Part shown: piece after piece, positions 28,701 to 36,800 of the stretch
Position numbering within the stretch: position 1 is the first letter of the stretch
Layout: every line of letters starts with the position of its first letter
From: Planctomycetota bacterium
Lineage (GTDB): Bacteria > Planctomycetota > UBA8108 > SXIK01
Length of the DNA: 64,000 bases
Assembly (NCBI GenBank): GCA_965223845.1
Contig: CBDCXR010000004.1
Location: 6,784,001-6,848,000, forward strand
Direction of reading: 5' to 3'
Position numbers and translations under genes: made by a program
The notes under the pieces: generated by a model
Databases searched by the model: none
Seen by the model: only the letters and a program-made list of their open reading frames with translations
Told to the model about the DNA's origin: nothing

Positions 28701-30853
28701 CGCGTTCCGCGAACGAGGAGGCGCCGTGCGCGGGTAGCGAGGCGGTCGCCGTTGTCTCTTCTTCCCGCGAGCGTTGCGGCAAACGATCGAGCGTCGCGGG
28801 AGAGTGCGAGCACGGCTTCGCTGAGTCGACTCCACTCCTCCGAGCGAGCCGTGCCGTTGACGGTGATTCGCACTGCATCGAGCGCGCCGCCGAAGCGGTC
28901 CGCCTCGTCCGCGGGCGAAACCTCGTCGCCGGCCCCCGGCTCGGCGAGCGTGCGAAGATCGCTCCAGAACGCGGAGCCTGCGCCGCGCGCGATCGTACGG
29001 AGCTCGCGCGCGGCGCGCACGAGGACGATCCGCGTCGTCCCGACGTTCGGAAGGGAACGCGCCGAAGCGTCGAGCTCGCCGGCGATTCCCTCGAGCTCGA
29101 CGAGAATCGCGCGCAGACGGCTGGCGTCGTCGCGCGCACTTTCGGTCGTCGTCGATCCCGCGCGCCGCGCGATCGCTTCGCCGTCATTCGCGGCGAGCTC
29201 GAGAGCAGCAGCGGCGCGCGCGAGTCGCGCGAGCCAGGCTCGGCTCCTCGACCGCTCCGGCGTGTCGACGACTTCGAGCCGGCGCGGCGTCGAGGCACCC
29301 GAATTGCCGCGGAGATCGATCGCGACGAGCTCGACGGTCACCCCGTCGCCTGGCTGGAGCTCGAGCGCCGCAAGGTCGAGACGAGCGCGTCCGGTGATGG
29401 CTCGCGCCGGTTCCGTGTCCGCACTCGGCGGCACGGCCGACTCCCTTCGAACTCGGTGTTCGATCGATTCGTCTTCGAGTGCGATGCGGAGCCGGATCTC
29501 CGCGATGCCGACGTCGTCCCGCGCCGAGTACTCGAACGTGAGAACGGACTCGGGCTCGACGGGAATCGATCCCGGTCGCGGCGAGCGCAGCGTGATTTCC
29601 GGCGGGCGATCGGAGTCGACCTCGATCGCGACGACGTGGCGCCCGCCGTTGCCGACGCCGCTCTCGTCGACGAGAGTGAGCTGAACGCGAGAGAGATCGG
29701 CCGCGACTGTGAATTCCTCCGTGCGAATGACGCGTCCCTCGATCCGAAGCGGAACTTCGAGATGCGGTGGCGACCCGGTCGACTCCGGCGTGCCCGAAGG
29801 TTCGCGTATGAGGGACAAGCTCGCTGCGCCGAGCGCTGCGTCGGACTCGATCGCGAGCGCGACTCCACTGCCGGCGAGCACGCGAAATGACCCGTCCGCA
29901 CTCTCGATCGTGCGCTCCCTCGCGCCCGTGTAGGCCGGTTCGCGGACCCGGATTTCAAAGCGCTTCGCGCGCGGAGGAGCGCGCGTTTCGATGCGGTACC
30001 AGGGACTCGCGGCGTCTCCGGCGAAGATGCGGTAGGACAGCGAGCGCGTGAGCGCGCGGAACGTCTTCGTCGCCGTGCGTCGCTCACCGCCCGCGACCGA
30101 GCTCCGGAATTCGAGGAGTTCGTTCCCGCTCGAGTCCGCGTCGGATCGCCACGCGATGGTCGCGGATTCGGGCGTACCCGCAACCGCGTCGACGATCACT
30201 GCGACCTCACTCCCTTCGGCGACCGTCGCGTGCCCCGGCTGGACGGCGATGACGACCGTCGAGGGACGGGGGAGCTCTGTCGCCGGGTGGATGAACCGAT
30301 CGAAGAGGAGCTCGAACGAACGGGGCGACGCGGCCGCGAATGCCGCGACGGAGAAGAGCGTGACCGCTCCGGCGAGAACCGCGGCGACGGCGCGCCCGCG
30401 AGGAAGCGCGCGCATCGGATCGCTCACGGCGAGAATCGAGTGCGTTTCGGCTTCGAGAGCGGAGAACAGCTCGGCCGAGACGCGGCGGCGTGCGTTGGGG
30501 CACTCGCCGATTTCGACCAGAGTGCGCAGGCGGCCATCGAGCGAGGGTGCTGCGCTCTCGGCTCGTTCGGCGACGGCTAGAGTCGCCCGGGCTCGCAGCG
30601 CGCGCGCGAGGAGTGCGATCGCGACGACGCCCGTCACTGCGACCGCGCTCGTCGTCAGCAGGACGCGCTCGGTGACCCCGAGAACGAACCAGCGATCCAG
30701 TCCGAATGCGATCGCGGTCGAAACACCGGCGGCGAACGTCGTCCAGCCGATCGCGACCGCGGCGTCGATCGCGAAGCCGCGCCGCCGGAGCGAGGCTAGC
30801 GAGCGGAGGACTTGATCGGCAAGCAGCGGGGGTTCAGAAATCGACGAGCGCAT
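25739..30853 (-). CDS. Large membrane-anchored Ig/coiled-coil protein (DUF4175-like) of the MoxR/BatA set
   Basis: N-terminal TMs, then SLSYRIFAGDA, EPAYTG, DRPPEI and ARDDVGI, a long helical region, and C-terminal PRFRPLVRAYLRAL. Confidence 0.75.
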   Translation of the reverse strand: MRSSISEPPLLADQVLRSLASLRRRGFAIDAAVAIGWTTFAAGVSTAIAFGLDRWFVLGVTERVLLTTSAVAVTGVVAIALLARALRARATLAVAERAESAAPSLDGRLRTLVEIGECPNARRRVSAELFSALEAETHSILAVSDPMRALPRGRAVAAVLAGAVTLFSVAAFAAASPRSFELLFDRFIHPATELPRPSTVVIAVQPGHATVAEGSEVAVIVDAVAGTPESATIAWRSDADSSGNELLEFRSSVAGGERRTATKTFRALTRSLSYRIFAGDAASPWYRIETRAPPRAKRFEIRVREPAYTGARERTIESADGSFRVLAGSGVALAIESDAALGAASLSLIREPSGTPESTGSPPHLEVPLRIEGRVIRTEEFTVAADLSRVQLTLVDESGVGNGGRHVVAIEVDSDRPPEITLRSPRPGSIPVEPESVLTFEYSARDDVGIAEIRLRIALEDESIEHRVRRESAVPPSADTEPARAITGRARLDLAALELQPGDGVTVELVAIDLRGNSGASTPRRLEVVDTPERSRSRAWLARLARAAAALELAANDGEAIARRAGSTTTESARDDASRLRAILVELEGIAGELDASARSLPNVGTTRIVLVRAARELRTIARGAGSAFWSDLRTLAEPGAGDEVSPADEADRFGGALDAVRITVNGTARSEEWSRLSEAVLALSRDARSFAATLAGRRDNGDRLATRARRLLVRGTRLAGAIAGAARNLPAAESEQKLSRAYQETVIPALAAIRDRLAAGDESEDIAALGAAAVTALDWARRDLDSAQRRQAEVRRRAEDRTLELNPLLDALTDAAAAAESDPAATAARAVARAAFEIEQESALSAGEPNADLETQRELQLLARVVEEWRSEIASAPGATGEKDEIASASSPAGGLASGAAPPAGLDTDAGHAFPERDEESRAERGRRIARVYRELRPAHEASLAAQLAADAATGSERVATRLARAPAWNRRALQNLRRTAEHVAASLSLARRRIDALERVATRDEERALLGSAARDGAAAEEACARVRDGIFRLADGVDAARGEESTDRSPVVADARTAVDQLDRVVESLGRYREGVAARAGSRGWLERAAAAISSRVRELARREAAHAASLAALLERAAGSGAPSPEASPSTELTIAHERIRLDVIDLARLLRREARFTRTREVDFARRLDRRAGELLALARGDMLRASERLAAAEEAPPGEFAPLIRAAADLESRAARRIEAIATALAADETQAIAIHAEAAVSDLAARLGDIDDDRPIEELLATARDLVQKTEHASSEIAQRARGDERVLPALERLGRAGDAFRAAVRAAESGDRLTTVAALDRGRGELLAAAQLVAALRERATDESERASAELAAEDPSDEASEAEKSRHRLHREIEAELARLAALARTQDEIDGALEALLGGDDVSEDDARTVAENEQSLLDALEESAITIEELVDLVARLLVIEREGRSLAAQLRAADPAPDAEDRADGTRIVREFTEAGFRISASLPQILTAYWSALRAGEELNAILRATPASTPAGSEAPGRGGEPAATDTPSESTANQPARAAGLAATRFSDRVSAVRQRALEAMTQAESGIGGASQRLQGMEAAVRETRDALERLESGDFRGARESHRRAMRSLAEATRALEGGGHFDALSSAADSEVRTDVAHGWEVVPRGDHIAHELRFSTPRGVLELPYSPRFRPLVRAYLRALEERGW

Positions 30854-31098
30854 GATGGACCCGATTGTCGACGCGCGAGGCCGCCGAGCCCCGAGAAAAT
30901 CCTCTCGACGGCGTCAGCCGAGTAGGATCCCCGGATCGGGAACGCGCGTCGCGCACCGTTTCGGCCTCATGGATTTCACCTTCGCGCCCGACTTTCGATC
31001 CGAGCTTCCGGCGGAGCTCCGAACCCGGTGCACCGGGCCGCCAGATCTCCATCTCTCTTCTCCCTTCGTGCCCTTCCAGACCCTTCCTGGTGCAATCT

Positions 31099-32544
31099 CT
31101 AGCCCGTAGCCGCGCGTTGCCACTGCGCAAGGAAGAACCCGTCCGTCCGCGAGCGAACTGGGTCGAGGCGGATCCAATCGCCGACGAAGCACTCGGAGGG
31201 AAGTCGCTTCGCAGCCCACACCGAGCGGTACGGCGTGAAGTGTGCGTGCGCGGAAGCAAACTTCTCCGCGACATCCTCGTTCTCCTCACGAAGAAGCGCG
31301 CAGGTCGAGTAGGCGAGCCGTCCGCCGGGTTTCACGAGAGGAGCGAATCGCGTGAGGATCTCGAGCTGGAGCGCCGCGAAGCGCGCGACATCGTCCGGTC
31401 CGTAGCGACGCTTGAGATCGGGATTTCGGCGGAGAGTGCCGAGGCCGCTGCAGGGTGCGTCGACGAGAACGAGGTCCGCCGCGGGGATGCGATCCTCGAC
31501 GCACGTCTGTCCTTCGCCCGAATCCGCTTCGTCGAGCGGGACGATATCGACCCACGACTCCATCTCTGCTTCGCGCACGCGGCGCTCGAGCTCGGTGAGC
31601 TTCCGTCTGTCGATGTCCGCGGCGTAGAGCCGCGTGCGGTTCCATGCCCCGAGGGGATCAGCTTCGCGTGGCGCACCGAGGAGCAGATCACCGAGGATGA
31701 GGCACTTTCCGCCTGCGCCTGCGCACGCGTCGACGATCGTCGTTCCCGGCGCGGCGTCGAGGGCCAGCGCGACGACTTGACTCCCCTCGTCGGCGATCTC
31801 GATCCAGTGACGCCGATTGGCGCGAGTTCCCGTGAGATTCTTCCGCGCGGCGAGACGAAGTCCGATCGGGCTCCAGGGCGTCAGCTCTACGGCGACGTCG
31901 AGCTCCGCTTCGAGACTCTCCTGCACGCGCGAGCGTTCCGTGCGGCGCCGGTGGATCCTCAGGTCGACCGTAGCTTCGGCGGCGAGCGCGGCGGCGAGCC
32001 GAACTGCGTCCGCTTCACCGAAGTCGCGCACGAGGGCATCGGCGAGCCACACGGGGAGACTCATCTCCGCCGCGCGTCGGGCGTTCGGTTCGTCCGGCCA
32101 GCGGGCGTCCCCATCGGGTGGCGGCGTCGATCGAATCGCCTCGAGGAGGGGCTCGACGATCGCCTCTTCTTCGTCGGTCCACCGCGCGTCCGTCGCGGCC
32201 TCGATCGATTCCTCGAGGGACCAGCCGGTGAGCCCGTCCCGCGAAAGGACGAGCAACTCGCCCAGTACCTCGACGCGCTCGGCGACGCCGCCGGCGCGAT
32301 GTCCGGCGCCGAGCTCCGCCCGGCCGAGCCGGTCGGCCCACACCCGCCAGCCGGCTTCGCTCCGGGGGTGATGTCGGAGCCACGCGTAGGCGAGGCGACT
32401 CACGGTGCGGCGATCGTGGCTGCCGAGGAACCGTCGCGCGCGGACGAATCGTCCGACCCGCGCGTCCGCGGGGAAAGGATCGCCGGGACGGGCGAGCTCG
32501 ACGATGAGGTCGATGGCGACGCCGAGGAGAGATGCGGGCTTCAT
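31099..32544 (-). CDS. RsmB/NOP family RNA m5C methyltransferase
   Basis: Motifs DEGSQ, VDACAGAGGK, VLVDAPCSGLGTLRRNPD, YSTCAL..ENE and DGFF. Confidence 0.9.
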   Translation of the reverse strand: MKPASLLGVAIDLIVELARPGDPFPADARVGRFVRARRFLGSHDRRTVSRLAYAWLRHHPRSEAGWRVWADRLGRAELGAGHRAGGVAERVEVLGELLVLSRDGLTGWSLEESIEAATDARWTDEEEAIVEPLLEAIRSTPPPDGDARWPDEPNARRAAEMSLPVWLADALVRDFGEADAVRLAAALAAEATVDLRIHRRRTERSRVQESLEAELDVAVELTPWSPIGLRLAARKNLTGTRANRRHWIEIADEGSQVVALALDAAPGTTIVDACAGAGGKCLILGDLLLGAPREADPLGAWNRTRLYAADIDRRKLTELERRVREAEMESWVDIVPLDEADSGEGQTCVEDRIPAADLVLVDAPCSGLGTLRRNPDLKRRYGPDDVARFAALQLEILTRFAPLVKPGGRLAYSTCALLREENEDVAEKFASAHAHFTPYRSVWAAKRLPSECFVGDWIRLDPVRSRTDGFFLAQWQRAATG

Positions 32545-32820
32545 GGCTTTCGGCCGACTCACGAGGGAAACGGCGCATTATCGGGATCGCCGCGATTCCG
32601 AGCAAGCGCATCGCTCAGCTCGAGTCGGCGAAGGTATCCAGCTCCTGGACGATGCTTCGCCGCCTTCGCGTCTTCTCCCGCCCGACCGGAACGTCCCCGC
32701 TGAGCGTGATAGACTTCTTCGGCAATCCCAAGGCCGACCGGGGTATCACCGACCCGGTGCGTCGATCCGACTCCATCCAACTGGTCCCAGAGCCTGGCCA
32801 CGACTCTCCGGGGAACGCGA

Positions 32821-33729
32821 GTGACGCTAGAGACCGAACGGTTCGAAGAGCCGGACACGAAGACGCTCATCCTTCAGAGAAAGGACCTGAACGCCGTACT
32901 CGAGAAAAAGAGTCCGGCGCTGATCGTGCTTCGCGGATCGGAGACGGGGCTGCGGATTTCGATCAAGAAGGATCGGGTCACTCTCGGACGAACAGTCGAC
33001 GCGGATATCGTGCTCAACGACAGCCGCGTTTCGCGACGCCACGCCGAGATCCGCTGGGACAACGAGGCGGGAGGCTACGTCGTCGAGGATCTCGGCAGCA
33101 CGAACGGCACCGGCGTCAACAATCGCGTGATCAGCTCCTGCCTCCTCGAGGACGGCGACAAGATCTTCGTCGGGGGGACGATCCTTCGCTTCGCGCTCCA
33201 GGACGAGGTCGACAGTCAGAGCAGCGATCTCTTCGATCAGCTGATGTTCCAGGACGATCTCACCGGGCTCGTCGTACGCCGCCGATTCGACAACGATCTT
33301 CGTGTCCTCCTTCAATCGGCGCGGGTGCAAGGCGAGTCCGTCGCGCTCCTCATGATGGACATGGATGGCCTCAAGAAGGTGAACGACAGCCACGGGCACC
33401 CCGTCGGAGCCTTCGTCATCTCTGAAGTCGGAAAGACGATCGGCGCGATCTGCAACACACGCGGGGCCGCGTGCCGCTACGGCGGCGACGAGTTCATCGC
33501 CTACATCGTCGGCGCGGATCGCAACGCGGGCATCGAGGTCGGCGAGCAGATCCGCGACGCGATTCGCTCCACCGTCCACCGGAAGGACGGAGTCGAGCTG
33601 CGCGTTTCGATTTCGATCGGGGTCGCGGTCTATCCCGGCGACGCGCAAACACCCGAGGACCTGACGCGCGCGGCCGACGAGGCGCTGTACCGCGCGAAGG
33701 AGCGCGGGCGCGACGCCGTGAGTATCTGA
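32821..33729 (+). CDS. FHA-GGDEF diguanylate cyclase
   Basis: FHA (LGRTVDAD, VSRRHA, DLGSTNG), followed by DDLTGL, DMDGLKKVNDSHGH, RYGGDEF and ADEALYRAK. Confidence 0.92.
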   Translation: MTLETERFEEPDTKTLILQRKDLNAVLEKKSPALIVLRGSETGLRISIKKDRVTLGRTVDADIVLNDSRVSRRHAEIRWDNEAGGYVVEDLGSTNGTGVNNRVISSCLLEDGDKIFVGGTILRFALQDEVDSQSSDLFDQLMFQDDLTGLVVRRRFDNDLRVLLQSARVQGESVALLMMDMDGLKKVNDSHGHPVGAFVISEVGKTIGAICNTRGAACRYGGDEFIAYIVGADRNAGIEVGEQIRDAIRSTVHRKDGVELRVSISIGVAVYPGDAQTPEDLTRAADEALYRAKERGRDAVSI

Positions 33730-33899
33730 GACCGAGCCCTCGCGCACGGCGCTCAGAGCGTAGAGAGCAGATCGTTTTCGCGGTGGTTCGCGAGCGCGAT
33801 GAACCGCCGTGCCGCCGCCGGAACGACCTGGCTCGCCGCCGCGCCGAGCGGTATTCTTGGGATCTTCACACTGGACCCCAAGAGTGCGGAGTACGGTTC

Positions 33900-36800
33900 A
33901 TGATATGTGCGGGATGGGGGCGGGCGGGGCGAGCGTATCTCGTCGGCGCGATCATTCTTGCCGGCGCGCCAGTCTTCGCGCTCGCGTTCCTTTTCGAGCG
34001 AGTGTTCGCGACTCGCCCTCTTCGACTCGGCATTCGGCGGCCGGCCGCATCCCGGCGAAATCGCTTTCGCATCTCGACTCTCGTCGGAGCGATCGTCCTC
34101 GCCTCGTCGCCGAGCTACGCACTCACGATCACCGAGGTCATGTACCACCCGTCGGCGGCGGCGACGGCGGCGGTTGGAGGGCGCAGCCTCGAGTGGTTCG
34201 AGCTCTACAACGAGACGCCGACGACGCTCAATCTTTCGGGTTACCGCGTCGTCGACGGAGTGGAGTTCGTCTTTCCCCACGATACGTATCTCCTCCCGTA
34301 CTCCTACCTCGTCGTTTGTGCCGACGCGGATGCCGTGCGCGAGCACTACGAGATCGACAACGTGATCGGGAACTTCACCGGTCTCCTCGACAACGGCGGC
34401 GAAGAAATCGAGGTCGCGATCTTCGGCGGCGGAACGGAAGTCCGGGTCGACTACTCCGACAGCGGTCAGTGGCCGCACGCCGCCGACGGCACGGGGCATT
34501 CGCTCTCGCTGAAGAACGTCTTCGCCGACACGCGCTCGAACGACAGCTGGGAGGCGAGTCTCGTCTTGGGCGGGACCCCCGGCGGGCCGAACACGGACGA
34601 GCCCCGGGTCGTCGACACGATTCTCATCGACGACGATGAGGAGTGGCGCTACCGCAAGGGCACGAGCGCGTATCCGTCTCAGTGGCGCAACCAAGGCTAC
34701 GACGACGGCTCGTGGTCTCGCGGACGAACCGGGATCGGCTACGGCGACGGCGACGACACCACCGTGCTCAGCGATATGTCCGGCGGATACTGGTCATTCG
34801 CGGCGCGGAAGGTGTTCAGCCTCTCGCAGAGCGAGATCGACGACATCGACGATCTCGTCTTTCAGATCAACTACGACGACGGCTTCGCCGCCTTCTTGAA
34901 CGGAACCGAGGTCGCGCGCGGGGCGCTCCCGGGTGCTTCCCCGCCGCCCCACAACCAGGCGGCGGATCTTCACGAAGCAGGAGGCTTCGAGGATTTCGTC
35001 ATTCCGACGGGACTTCTCGATGAGGGCGAGAACGTCCTCGCGGTTCAGATTCACAACAACACGCTCGGAAGCAGCGACGCGACCTTCATCCCGCGCCTCG
35101 CGAGTCGAAAGACGATCGTGCCGACGCCGACCGGGTCGCCCGTGCCGGTCGTCATCAACGAGTTCTTTGGACGCGCGGACACAGGCGGTTGGGTCGAGCT
35201 TCACAACCTTTCGAATGCCAGCGTCGACATCGGCGGATTTCACCTGAGCACCACTCGCTCCGTGCTCGACGAGTGGACGATCCCCGCCGGGACGATGCTC
35301 GGTTCGAAGGGTTTCGTCTCGTTTACGGCCGAGGAGACCGGCCTCGATTTCTCCGCCGATTTCGTTTCCGTGTTCTTCTCCCGGGGCGACCTCTCGCAAG
35401 TCGTCGACGCGCAGATCTTCGAGCGTGGCCTCGGCCACGTGCCGTCGCTCGAAGGGTACAGCGAGGCGCGATCACCGGATGGCACCGGGCGGTTCGCCGT
35501 CTCGACGATGCCGACGCCGGGGGCGGCGAACGAGGTCGAGGTCGAGACGGGCGTCGTGATCAATGAGATCCTCTACAATCCGCCGGCCGGTCGCGAAGGT
35601 CAGGAGTTCATCGAGATCACGAACATCGCCCCGGTGGCGATCGACCTCACCGGGTACCGCTTCAACCGCGGCGTGACGTACGAGTTCGAGCCGGGCGCGC
35701 AGATCCAGCCGGGCGAGTTCATCGTCATCGCGCGCGATCCGCCCGCGCTCGAGGCTGCGCACGGCATCGGCGGGGTGCTGGGGCCGTACGAGGGTGGGCT
35801 CTCCGACGGCGGCGAGCGCATTCGGCTCGTCGATCCCCTCGGGAACATCGCCGACGAGGTCCGGTACTTCGACGGCGGCGAGTGGTCGCGCTGGGCCGAC
35901 GGCGGCGGATCGAGCCTCGAGCTTCTCGATCCGCGCGCGGACAACTCGCTCGGAAGCGCGTGGACCGCGAGCGATGAATCGCCGAAGGCGACCTGGGAGA
36001 CCGTGAACTACTCGTTTACCTACTCGAGTCAAGCGGCGTCTGAGTTCCACATCATGATGCTCGCGGCCGGTGAAGCGCTCATCGACGATATCGAAGTGCG
36101 GCGCTCGTCGACTCAGTACATCGCGAACGGCAGCTTCGAGTCTTCGACGAGCGGCTGGATCATCGAGGGGAATCACGTCCAGTCTCACCGGACGACCGAC
36201 GACGCGTTCGACGGGAACGCCTGTCTTCGCATCGTCGCGACGGGAGACGGCGACACTCGCGTCAACCGCATCGAGCGCGAAACGTCCCCGAGCATGTCGA
36301 GCGGGTCGTACCAGGTCTCTCTCGCGCTCAAGTGGCAGCGCGGCGGGAATCTCATCTACTTCGGCAACTACAATCAACTTCCTAGTGCGCAGCACACTCA
36401 CTGGATGGAGTATCCGGCGGCGCTCGGCACGCCGGGGGCGCGGAACAGTACGGCCGTCGACAACCTCGGACCCGTGATCGGCGATGTGATGCACTCGCCC
36501 GCCGTGCCGACGGGAGGTCAACCCGTTCAGGTGGTTGCGCGCGTTGCGGACGCCGACGGCATCGATTACGTCCGCGTCCGCCATCGTACCGGTTCGGCGA
36601 GTGGGTCGATGTCGACGGTGGAGCTGTTCGACGACGGCGCTCACGGAGACGGGGAAGCGGGCGATGGGATTTTCGGCGGCGAGATCTCGGCGCGGTCGAG
36701 CGGCAATCGCGTCGTCTACTTCATCGAAACACGCGACGATCTCGGCGCGACCTGGCGGCATCCCGTCGAGGCGAACCGAACTCACGTCTACGTCCACGAT

